Below, piece by piece: positions 48,030-56,825 of a DNA stretch of 64,000 nucleotides. Made by a program: the position numbers and the translations under genes. Within the stretch, counting starts at the first letter, position 1; each line of letters begins with the position of its first letter. The stretch is from an uncultured delta proteobacterium (GTDB lineage: Bacteria > Desulfobacterota > Desulfuromonadia > Geobacterales > DSM-12255): contig CAWBBV010000001.1 of assembly GCA_963787125.1 (NCBI GenBank), forward strand, positions 352,001 through 416,000, in the 5' to 3' direction. The notes beneath the pieces were generated by a model, which saw only the letters and a program-made list of their open reading frames with translations, ran no database searches and was not told the DNA's origin.

Positions 48030-51000
48030 TTACCTGAAGGTGAAGATTCCCCCCGGTAATGCCGTGCCGCTGTTGGTGATAGTGCTTAGCCCGGTAATGC
48101 TCTCCATATTCAGATAAGACGGTTTGTCGCTGCGCAGGGTGAGCGCTCCCTTGATGCCGCTGACCGTCAACTGCTTCTGCACCATCGCTGCCTGGCTGGT
48201 TATGGTGTTCCGGTATGTGGCAGCGAGGGTGTAAACCCCGTCAATAGCTCCCAGCGGAATGGGGAGGCTCAAGGCAATCGCCGCTCCCGCCGGGACGCTC
48301 GCAGTGGCGCTCTGGTCGGCGATCTGGGCGTACTTCGCATCGTAGAGGGTCAACCGGTACTCTGCAGTCGTGTCTTTCCCGCCGATGTTGCTGATTGTCG
48401 GGGTCACGGTCCCTCCCGCGATGGATGAACTCAGCGTAAGAGAGAAGGCAAGGAGAGACTCGGGGACTGTGATGGAAAACTCCTTCGTAATGGCGGAGCC
48501 GCCCGGCAGCGTGAGGGTGACGGTCACATTGTGCTGCCCGGCGATCATTGAAGCAGGAAGGGGTACGGCATATTGCACGGGCAGGGTTTGTCCCTGCCCG
48601 ATGTTCATGGTCTTTGTGTCCGTATATCCGGCATCCGGTACGGTCATGGTGACGCTGACGTTATTGAGGCTGAACCTGCCGCTGTTGGCAAGGTTTACCG
48701 CCAGGTTCGCCGTCTCCCTGATCCGGTAGGAGGGCTTGTCAAAGTTTGCGGCGATGGAGACACTGTTTGCCAGGGAAACTGAACTGTTTCTCCCTGGCCC
48801 GGCTTCGTCTCCCTGATTGTAGGCAAGGGTGTAAACACCGAACTTGGGTGGCGGGACAGCAAGGGAGAGGTCGAGGTTTTTCGTCTGCCCGACATCGAGG
48901 ATGAACGGCTGGGAAACGCCGGCTACTGTGGCACTATCCGGGTCGGTGAGCGTTACACTGAGAAGACCGGTAGTGACCGGTATGATTCCCAGGTTCACCA
49001 GGTTGAAGCTGAGCTGGTTGGCTCCGGCCTGCCAGCCGGCGGAAAGGCTCGGGGTGATAGCGACCAGCCGCAAGGGGATCTCGAATACTGCGGAATCACC
49101 GCCGATCTTTTTGCCGCTCACGTCAAGTACTTCGCTTGACAGGGTATAAACGCCGCCCTGAGCTGCCTGCGGGAGGGGGAAGGAGAAGCTGCGGGACGCC
49201 CCTCCACTCGCGGGGAGGATCACATCTGTAGTGTTGCTGAAAAAGATACTGTTCGCAGGGTCGGTAACCGTTACCTTCAGCTTGACGGTCGTTGCCAAGC
49301 TGCGGCTGTTGCCCAGGCTTATGCCGAGATCGACCGTTTCGCCTCTGGAGTAGCGCGACTTGACAGTGGCGGTGGTGACGCTGACCTGCGGGAAGACCCC
49401 CTTGAAGCTCAGCATGTAGCTGCCGATCTGCACGTTGTTTTCGTCATACAGGTAGGCATGCAGGGTCTCGAACATATTGTAATCGATGAACGGGTCGGAG
49501 CCGCTGATGGTGGTCTCGCCGTTGGCGGTGGCCGTGACCGGCCGTTCGTGGGTGCGGCCGGTATGGGGAAGCACTGTTTTCAGGGTCAGATTGCGGGTGG
49601 TTGCGGTGTTGTTGAAGATGTGGAAGGTGTAGACGAAGGGTTCGTTGAAGAAGACCTCCTGGTTGGGGGAGGTGATGGAGAGCCAGATATCCTTCTTGAC
49701 CGTGCCTACTTGCGGCGGGTTGCTGACTGCGAAGCGGCCGGAGTCGGTTTCGGCCTGGGGCTGGATGATTGTGTTTGTGACATCCAGGAGGAGGTAGTCG
49801 ATGTGGTAGATGCCGAGAGCCCCGTTGGACGGCGCTTGCCAAGTTACGGTGTTGATGGCGGATTGCCCGGCGGGGAGGGATGTGCTGACTGCCTGTTCCA
49901 GAAGCAGCGTGGAGCGGTCCGGGTTCCAGATCTGGAGCTTGATTGATGATGCGTCCGTGGCGGTGCTGTTGGTAAGGGTCACCGGAACAGTAATGGATTC
50001 TCCCGGCTTGATCTCCGGCAGCGTAGCCGGTTTCTTCGCCCAGGAGAGGATGTCGCGCATCAGGCCAATCTCCTCCTGGGACGCCTGGCCATGGCCATAG
50101 GCCCAGTCGGAGTACATGCTGGTTACGACTACCCGTCCCAGTCCGTGCTCGTACATGAGCAGCGCCGGCTGGCCGTTGGCGGTGCGACGCAGGAGGATGG
50201 TGGAGTTGGCCGGATAGCCGGTAAAGTAGCCGTCCACGTTCAGCGTCGGCGTCGAGCGCGACTGGCCGGACAACATCTGGTGCCAGCTCTCGATGGCGAC
50301 CGAATCGGCAAAGCAGTTCTGGTCCTCTTCCCAGCCATAGCCGGTGATCGGCCTACCGTCAGGGGTGGGGATAGAGGCGTAGTCGTAACCGTGCTTCTGG
50401 GAAAGGACGATGAGGGTGCCACCCTGCTTGACGTACTCGTCGAGGGAGGCTTTGAGCATGGGGGAGTCGTTGAAGCCGGTCAGCGCGCCGGAAGGAACCA
50501 GCAGCACCGGCTGGTTCTTGAGCAACACAGCAGGATTGAGAGTCTCCTTCACCTCGCGGATCGGCTCCTTCAGCCGCTTCAGCAGCAGCTCGGCGGCATT
50601 GTCCACAAAGGCGTCGGAGAGGAGGGCGACGTCGGCGGAGGCATAGTAGGTGTCTTCGAAGGAGTGCTTGACCTCCTTCTGTGCGCGGCCAGTGACAAGG
50701 TCAAATTGCTGTGCTGCCAAGCTGTAGTCGGCCTCTGTAGTTGTCGCAGCCATTTTGGCATATGATTCGGTTATGGCCTTTTCCAGGAACAGACCGTTGT
50801 ACCCCTTCTTGATACCGGTGCGGCCATAGAGGTCTTTCCATGCCTGCTTGGTAACATCCAGCTGTTCCAGTTCTATCCGACGGGAAGATACATCGAAGTT
50901 GTCATCGGCATGGCCACCGCCTGGTCCGGTGTTATTAGATTGGGGGGGTGTGGTATCACGGTAAAATCTTTCAAGTAGACCGCCACTCATGCGGATGCTC

Positions 51001-51713
51001 ATGGGGATAAGAAGTTTCGCTGTGTATTCTGCCTCATAATCACTTATGGTCGAAAAAGCTGAGTCCCAGGGGTAGCCTCCGAAGTATGTCTGTTCCGACA
51101 TAGTATCCATGAAACCAGCCATGTCACCTGCCATGATTCTGTATTTGAACTGTGGGATATTAAATATCTTATCCAGATATCCAGTCTCATTAAAAGTGCT
51201 GAGGTCGGTTATCCAATTATCTGAAACCCACCATTCATAACCCTTCTTTGTTATCGTTGATTGAATTAGGTGTATTCCAGATAGATTTCGATGAACGTGA
51301 GATGGGACTGATACATCTTGTAATAAATGAAGCGCTTTACCAAGACCACTCCAGTCGTTGTTTTTTCGCGCCAAATCGTAATAGCTTATGGCGTAATCTT
51401 TTGCATTTGGTAGTGCACATGAAGTGAAATATACGCTTGTTGACCTATCCTCACCGCTACAGAGATATATTGCTGTAGGGTCGTAGAAATGATGCAGAAG
51501 GTTCCAGGTGGAATCTTCTGCTTGATTTGCACTGTTAATAGAAGTACGCTTAGCTTTTAGCGTAGCCTGTATCTCGTCATTTGCATAAGTTAACTTGTTA
51601 ATCGCAAATGTTGTGATATTCTGATGATCCCCATAGTCATTGGATGAATTATATGCGAATGCCGATACTGCAAGCGATAGATAAATAATAACTACAAAAG
51701 AGTATCTATTCAT
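48030..51713 (-). CDS. Giant surface protein, N-terminal part (signal peptide, Zn-dependent phospholipase C-like domain, GATase-like alpha/beta domain, Ig-like repeats)
   Basis: SAFA|Y signal; DHQ, HHFYDP, LGKALHLLQDVSVPSH, GYEWW; joins 41344-47967 if one G is added in the run at 48049-48054. Confidence 0.85.
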   Translation of the reverse strand: MNRYSFVVIIYLSLAVSAFAYNSSNDYGDHQNITTFAINKLTYANDEIQATLKAKRTSINSANQAEDSTWNLLHHFYDPTAIYLCSGEDRSTSVYFTSCALPNAKDYAISYYDLARKNNDWSGLGKALHLLQDVSVPSHVHRNLSGIHLIQSTITKKGYEWWVSDNWITDLSTFNETGYLDKIFNIPQFKYRIMAGDMAGFMDTMSEQTYFGGYPWDSAFSTISDYEAEYTAKLLIPMSIRMSGGLLERFYRDTTPPQSNNTGPGGGHADDNFDVSSRRIELEQLDVTKQAWKDLYGRTGIKKGYNGLFLEKAITESYAKMAATTTEADYSLAAQQFDLVTGRAQKEVKHSFEDTYYASADVALLSDAFVDNAAELLLKRLKEPIREVKETLNPAVLLKNQPVLLVPSGALTGFNDSPMLKASLDEYVKQGGTLIVLSQKHGYDYASIPTPDGRPITGYGWEEDQNCFADSVAIESWHQMLSGQSRSTPTLNVDGYFTGYPANSTILLRRTANGQPALLMYEHGLGRVVVTSMYSDWAYGHGQASQEEIGLMRDILSWAKKPATLPEIKPGESITVPVTLTNSTATDASSIKLQIWNPDRSTLLLEQAVSTSLPAGQSAINTVTWQAPSNGALGIYHIDYLLLDVTNTIIQPQAETDSGRFAVSNPPQVGTVKKDIWLSITSPNQEVFFNEPFVYTFHIFNNTATTRNLTLKTVLPHTGRTHERPVTATANGETTISGSDPFIDYNMFETLHAYLYDENNVQIGSYMLSFKGVFPQVSVTTATVKSRYSRGETVDLGISLGNSRSLATTVKLKVTVTDPANSIFFSNTTDVILPASGGASRSFSFPLPQAAQGGVYTLSSEVLDVSGKKIGGDSAVFEIPLRLVAITPSLSAGWQAGANQLSFNLVNLGIIPVTTGLLSVTLTDPDSATVAGVSQPFILDVGQTKNLDLSLAVPPPKFGVYTLAYNQGDEAGPGRNSSVSLANSVSIAANFDKPSYRIRETANLAVNLANSGRFSLNNVSVTMTVPDAGYTDTKTMNIGQGQTLPVQYAVPLPASMIAGQHNVTVTLTLPGGSAITKEFSITVPESLLAFSLTLSSSIAGGTVTPTISNIGGKDTTAEYRLTLYDAKYAQIADQSATASVPAGAAIALSLPIPLGAIDGVYTLAATYRNTITSQAAMVQKQLTVSGIKGALTLRSDKPSYLNMESITGLSTITNSGTALPGGIFTFR

Positions 51714-52444
51714 TTCATTCTCCCATCGTGCTGTTCAAGCATCTTGATTCCATTATTATATCCTTCTAGGTAAGCAGAGTAGCTTCTGCTTTCATCACGA
51801 CTTAGTGTTAATAAGTTGTTTAATAAATGTCTGTTTAAAATCGAATACGACCTACCATTAATATATCCTTTTAAGTTAGATTCTAAAAATGCTGACATAT
51901 AGTCGTTGAAATAATGCTCGTAGCTATTTGGCACTTTTATGTCATTATATTTCTCAATAAGCCGGATAGTTATATTAGCGTCACTATGCTCGGCTCTTCT
52001 TTTTACAAGCCTGTAATTATCTTTAATAACAATTACGAGTGGATCATTATCAATTCTGCAATATACAGGAAAGAACATTACCGGTATTTCCTTAATTGTC
52101 TTAGACAGGTTAGCAACTCCATTACAGTCTGTTTCAATAATCTCAACCTTGAATGTCTTGTCACTTCCGCCTGCTATATTAAATTCTGTTGACCTGTATT
52201 CAACCATTACAAGAGCATTTGATACTGGAATATTATTTTGATCAACCACAGTTATAGTATTCAACTTGTAATATAATCCTGAAATTCTGTATGAAGCGGG
52301 CACATATATAGAGATTACCAACAGCACACATACAGCTATCAACAGTTTATGGTATAGTAGTAATTTCTTTGACAGCTTTATCAATATTATTGTTATTGCA
52401 ATTGCTAGTGCCGGAATACTTAAAATCAAAATATAACTAATCAT
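51710..52444 (-). CDS. AT-rich membrane-anchored protein with transthyretin/carboxypeptidase-regulatory-like domain (candidate immunity protein)
   Basis: Two N-terminal TM segments; VVDQNNIPVSNALV...TDCNG.A; ATGA overlap with giant gene; GGAGGGAG RBS. Confidence 0.7.
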   Translation of the reverse strand: MISYILILSIPALAIAITIILIKLSKKLLLYHKLLIAVCVLLVISIYVPASYRISGLYYKLNTITVVDQNNIPVSNALVMVEYRSTEFNIAGGSDKTFKVEIIETDCNGVANLSKTIKEIPVMFFPVYCRIDNDPLVIVIKDNYRLVKRRAEHSDANITIRLIEKYNDIKVPNSYEHYFNDYMSAFLESNLKGYINGRSYSILNRHLLNNLLTLSRDESRSYSAYLEGYNNGIKMLEQHDGRMK

Positions 52445-52540
52445 GCGAACTCCCTCCTCGTAGACTCAGAGATACCCAATGGTGTCAGCGTAACCAACGG
52501 CGCTTGCCAGACTAAAAATGCGGGACAAAAAATGCAGAAA

Positions 52541-53664
52541 AGAATAAACCATAGAATAAACCATAGGGGTCAAGAATAAACCATAGGGGTCAAGTCTCCA
52601 AATATCAAATTACCAGGAAACCCTCTACTTTTTCTACCTCTCCACGCAGATGCTTATCTGTTTCCATCTTCCTCGAAAGCAGGCGACGCGCTTCTGCTAT
52701 TGCGGTTTCGCCAACACCAAACAGTTTGCCGATTTCCCGAAGTTTCTTGCCGCTGCATTTGTGGCAGAGATACATCCCTACCTGACGAGCCAGCCTTTCA
52801 TTTGTTCCAATTACTGCTGCCACTGCCTTCAATATCTCTTCAGGCTCCGGTTTTGACTTGAATTGCCGAATGCCCGGGACAGCTCTGTCTAACTCTTTCT
52901 CCGCGAGATGCGCTTTTGTCAACATCTCTACAAATTCAGTCGTGCCGAGCACCGCTCCGCCAAATGTGTTTTTGAAGGGGCTCTCATATTTTTCCCCAAG
53001 TAGGTTCTCTACAAAGGATCGATACTTCTGTTTTGCTTCAGTTGCATTACTGCTGAAATAATCTAGAACTGTTTCTACCTTCAGCCACGAGGGTGCGACG
53101 CTTTGACCGATGTAGCTGTTATAGCTTGACCAGCGGTATTCTTCCGGACGGGTAACCATTCCAGCTCTTACCGGGTTTAAATGGATATATCGAGAAAGCT
53201 CTAGCGCATATTCGCCGGCTTCAATCAGAATTGCCTTGAACCTCCCTTGAAACAGGTGTCCGGCGCGTCTCCGTTTTACGTTGAAGTATGTGGTGTAGGC
53301 TCCATTAATATGTCGCATAATCTGCGAGAGTTTCCCCTCAGGTGTTTCCAACAGCAGGTGGTAATGGTTGCTGAGAAGGCAGTAGGCATGGATTAAAGCA
53401 CCATACCGCTCGGTTGCCGATGCCAGATATTCAAGAAACTTCTCTCTGTCACGCTGACTCTTGAATACATCTTTTTGTTCATTTCCTCTCGATGTGACAT
53501 GGTAATATGCTCCCGGATAAGTTATGCGTAGCGGTCGCGCCATATAGGACTCCTTTGACTGATAAGATTCTCTTTTATCATTTCAAAGCATACCAGGTAA
53601 TTTGATATTTGGAGACTTGACCCCTATAGCTTCCTATAGCTTCTATGACCCCTATAGCTTCTAT
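52541..53664. mobile_element. Y1 (HUH) transposase element with terminal inverted repeats and stuttered ends
   Basis: Perfect 32-bp IR ATAGGGGTCAAGTCTCCAAATATCAAATTACC at 52583-52614 and 53596-53627; partial tandem copies outside both ends. Confidence 0.85.
52605..53543 (-). CDS. RAYT/IS200-like Y1 tyrosine transposase with C-terminal HTH
   Basis: MARPLR...YHVTSRGN, NHYHLL (HUH), GHLFQGRF, YIHLNPVRAG, WSSY; DnaA-C-like ARQVGMYL...LREIG..FG. Confidence 0.9.
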   Translation of the reverse strand: MARPLRITYPGAYYHVTSRGNEQKDVFKSQRDREKFLEYLASATERYGALIHAYCLLSNHYHLLLETPEGKLSQIMRHINGAYTTYFNVKRRRAGHLFQGRFKAILIEAGEYALELSRYIHLNPVRAGMVTRPEEYRWSSYNSYIGQSVAPSWLKVETVLDYFSSNATEAKQKYRSFVENLLGEKYESPFKNTFGGAVLGTTEFVEMLTKAHLAEKELDRAVPGIRQFKSKPEPEEILKAVAAVIGTNERLARQVGMYLCHKCSGKKLREIGKLFGVGETAIAEARRLLSRKMETDKHLRGEVEKVEGFLVI

Positions 53665-53731
53665 TGAAACTCCTTCAACCAATGGGGGCGAATGAATAGG
53701 CGACAGATCTATTTTTAGCACAGCAATCAAC

Positions 53732-53770
53732 AAAAAAACCGCCTCCCGGTATTTTCCGGTACAGCGGCTA
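53732..53770 (-). terminator. Terminator-like hairpin upstream of the transposase
   Basis: Minus strand AGCCGCTGTACCGG-AAAATA-CCGGGAGGCGGTTTTTTT. Confidence 0.55.
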
Positions 53771-54215
53771 TATTTATTCACAACTTTTATACACATTCAA
53801 ATAACACCCTATGTAACATCACACTAAAATAGAGTTCAAAATACAACCCCGTTTTACAGCTGTCAAAGAAAATTATAAAACCCTTGTTAATGCCGGTGAA
53901 TTAATTCCGTGTTATGGGAAGTCCTCTCTGTTAAATGCATTTTGAGTGTTGATCTCTTTGCTTTTTTCCCCGAATTACTAGTAGGTTAAGCAAAATCGGT
54001 CTATTTAGCTGTAGCATTCAATATGATTTAAGCATGGTTTGGTTTTTTGCGTTCAGAGGTGGTTTTTGTGTGCCAGTCTTCACTACTGGATATTTTATGG
54101 CGGGGGTGATTTGAATAATCTTGACACAATTCACATGCGGAAAACACGTAAGACCCCATTAGGGCCTACATTCCACGAGGGGGCCTTTTAAATTAATGGG
54201 GAAGGAAGTATAACC

Positions 54216-55229
54216 TCAGCAGATCCGCGGCAACTGCTCGCCACTAAGCATCTCCACCCCTCTGATTCCGCCGGAGGTCGTTTCAAGAGCGACCTTCCCG
54301 CTCCCGTTGCCGCTAACAACCCCGATGATGGCGGCATCTACCCCCAAAGGATGTGCCTGCAGAAGCGCCATAGCAGTGGGTGTTGACTCCGGAGCTACGA
54401 AAAGCAGCATCTTCCCCTCATTGGCCACATAGAGCGGATCGAGCCCGAGGATTGCGCAGACCCCATTAACAGCGTCCTGCACCGGCAGGCAATCCTCCTT
54501 CAGCATCAAATCGACAACGGATTGCAGCGCAATCTCCTTGAGGGTGGTCGCCACTCCGCCCCTGGTCGGATCGCGCAGCACGTGCAGGTCATTGCCGAGA
54601 GCCGCGACAAGTTCGAGTACCAGTGAGTTCAGTGCTGCCGAGTCGCTCTGAATGGATGTCTCCAGCTCCAGCCCTTCTCTGCTCGCCATGACCGCGATAC
54701 CGTGATCACCGATAGTACCGCTGACAATGATGCTGTCGCCGACTTTGGCATTGGCGCCGTTAATCACCAGTTCGTGCTCAACCACGCCGATACCGGAGGT
54801 GTTGATGAAGATCCGGTCGGCTTTGCCGCGTGGCACGACTTTGGTGTCGCCGGTGACAATCCTGACCCCGGCACTATCTGCAGCTTGCCGCATTGAACCC
54901 AGGATCTCGGCCAGCTCCTTTTTACTGAAGCCTTCTTCAAGGATCAGACCGACACTCAGCCAGAGCGGTTTTGCCCCCATCATGGCAAGATCGTTGATTG
55001 TGCCGTTGACAGCCAGATCGCCGATATTTCCCCCGGGAAAAAAGACCGGTTGCACAACATAGGAGTCGGTCGTGTAAGCCAGTTTTCCGCCGGCAAATTG
55101 CAGCAGGGCTGCATCGTTCTGTCCGGCTTGTTCAATCCCGGAGAGCGCCGGAATAATCAGCTCGTCAAGTAGTTGATGGGAGAGCCTGCCGCCGCTGCCA
55201 TGGCCGAGAAGGATAAGGTCACTGTTCAT
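54216..55229 (-). CDS. hypE: Hydrogenase maturation protein HypE
   Basis: GHGSGG, TTDSYVV.P.FFPGGNIG, RDPTRGG, ANEGK, C-terminal LPRIC. Confidence 0.95.
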   Translation of the reverse strand: MNSDLILLGHGSGGRLSHQLLDELIIPALSGIEQAGQNDAALLQFAGGKLAYTTDSYVVQPVFFPGGNIGDLAVNGTINDLAMMGAKPLWLSVGLILEEGFSKKELAEILGSMRQAADSAGVRIVTGDTKVVPRGKADRIFINTSGIGVVEHELVINGANAKVGDSIIVSGTIGDHGIAVMASREGLELETSIQSDSAALNSLVLELVAALGNDLHVLRDPTRGGVATTLKEIALQSVVDLMLKEDCLPVQDAVNGVCAILGLDPLYVANEGKMLLFVAPESTPTAMALLQAHPLGVDAAIIGVVSGNGSGKVALETTSGGIRGVEMLSGEQLPRIC

Positions 55230-55942
55230 GCAATTTTCTCCCGTCGTCTGGCAAGTAGAATGATATTGGCAACCGTAAAGATAGCCCCGCCGGTCAGCGC
55301 CATAATCGCACCCGGCTCCTTGTGAACCTCTATCAGTGCAGCCTTCAGCGGCGGCGGCGCAATGTCCTTAATGTAAACACCGTGCCCCAGGTGAAAGAAC
55401 GGGTGGTTCGGGCTGATGATTGCAGTTTTGACTTTGCCGGCAGTTATGCACTCAAGCGTTGCCGAGTAGGCGGTCGGCATCCCCATTTTGCTGTAGGTTG
55501 CGGCAAAATCCTTGAAAACTACGTCTGATCCGTCCGGGAAGCGTATCGAGGAGCCGGCTTCCACCTGCATCGCCTGCTTGAAGCCGCCGTAGGCGCTCTG
55601 CAGATGGGCGATGATGATAAAGAGGAAGCCGAGATGCATCAACTGCGGTGCAATTCTAACCAAAAAGCTCCCCTTGTCCCATTTCAGCCGGAGCGATTCA
55701 AGGCTGCAGAGCAGCGTATTAAGGGCAAGGACAGCTATGAGGCCGATTGCACCCCAGAGCCACCACGATTCACGCAGCGGCACTTCACGAAGCCAGTCGT
55801 AGAGCGCACCTTCATTGATGCTCGACCCTTCGCCCTGCAAAAAGGAGCCGACTGCCAGCAGCAGCATGACTCCGCCAAGGAGCCAAAGGCCGAGAGTGAG
55901 TGAAGCGAGACGGTTGTAAATATTCTGCAAAACTTCTTTCAT
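55226..55942 (-). CDS. Cytochrome c biogenesis protein ResB-like (short)
   Basis: LASL.L..., SWW, LNTLLCS, MHLGFL, SPNHP; downstream of ccsA. Confidence 0.75.
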   Translation of the reverse strand: MKEVLQNIYNRLASLTLGLWLLGGVMLLLAVGSFLQGEGSSINEGALYDWLREVPLRESWWLWGAIGLIAVLALNTLLCSLESLRLKWDKGSFLVRIAPQLMHLGFLFIIIAHLQSAYGGFKQAMQVEAGSSIRFPDGSDVVFKDFAATYSKMGMPTAYSATLECITAGKVKTAIISPNHPFFHLGHGVYIKDIAPPPLKAALIEVHKEPGAIMALTGGAIFTVANIILLARRREKIA

Positions 55943-55953
55943 ACCAACTCCGT

Positions 55954-56673
55954 CTAAAAACTGTGCGAACTTTTCATCAGCAGGCTGACACCCAGGTAAG
56001 TAAACATCGTCACGCCGAAGCCGATAATCCCGCCCCAGGCGATGGCTTTCTCCCACTTTTGCCCTTTGAGTCTCAGATGAAGATAGCTGCCGTAATAAAG
56101 CCAGAGAATTGACGTCCAGAACTCCTTCGGAGTCCAGAGCCAGTAGGTTCCCCAGGCGTAGTAGCCCCAGATTCCGCCTGAGGTCATGGATGCCGAAAAG
56201 AAGGAAAATCCGACCAGCGCCGCCGTCTGCTGGGCATCCAGAAAAGAGCGTTCCTTTTGCAGCAGAAACAGAGCTCCGAGAATCGCTCCGATGCCGAAAA
56301 GGGCATAGGCAAAGAAAGCCAGGGCAACATGGAGCTCAAACCAAAGAGTGTTCAGGATTGGCGGCATCGGCATGTTGAAGATCGGAAACGGCAGTGCCAT
56401 AAGTGCGGTAGTTGCGGCAAGCAGCGAGACGCCTGTCCGGAAGTGGCCAGAGCTGCGCAGCGATTTATTAAAGAGAAACGGAACTGCCATAAGTGCGCAG
56501 CTGGTAGAGAAAAATGCCAGGGTGTCATGGGGGCCGATAAGGGGAAGCCTGCCAAGCTCAAGGCCGCGACTGGCCAGGTAGACAAGCTCTGCGGTAACGC
56601 CGGCGAGAAAAATTGAACGGCGAAAGCAGCCGCAGAGGTAAAATCCGATTGATAAGCAGAGGAGCCATTTCAT
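55954..56673 (-). CDS. ccsA: Cytochrome c biogenesis protein CcsA/ResC
   Basis: WFELHV, GGIWGYYAWGTYWLWTPKE (WWD domain), YLH, C-terminal HSF. Confidence 0.88.
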   Translation of the reverse strand: MKWLLCLSIGFYLCGCFRRSIFLAGVTAELVYLASRGLELGRLPLIGPHDTLAFFSTSCALMAVPFLFNKSLRSSGHFRTGVSLLAATTALMALPFPIFNMPMPPILNTLWFELHVALAFFAYALFGIGAILGALFLLQKERSFLDAQQTAALVGFSFFSASMTSGGIWGYYAWGTYWLWTPKEFWTSILWLYYGSYLHLRLKGQKWEKAIAWGGIIGFGVTMFTYLGVSLLMKSSHSF

Positions 56674-56825
56674 GGCTGCAGAGTATAACGGCACTAATTG
56701 CCCGACAAGGGAAAAATTACAAAAAGCTGTTTTAAGTTGAAATCGACACCATACGGGTTTATTATCCCTTTCCCCTTTAAACTTCACTATAACTACATTT
56801 ATAGCGCAAACATGAGGTTTGGAAT

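Noticed and set aside
52541..52600. Short repeats as a CRISPR array
   Set aside because: Units abut with no unique spacers and no cas genes are present; better explained as transposon-end stutters.
53578..53796. 72-aa ORF upstream of the transposase
   Set aside because: Runs through the IR, stutter repeats and a terminator hairpin; likely spurious.
53665..54215. GEMM-I (c-di-GMP/cGAMP) riboswitch, common in this family
   Set aside because: Could not find the GGCAAAC...GAAA...GACGCAAA core on either strand by eye; an Infernal scan would be decisive.
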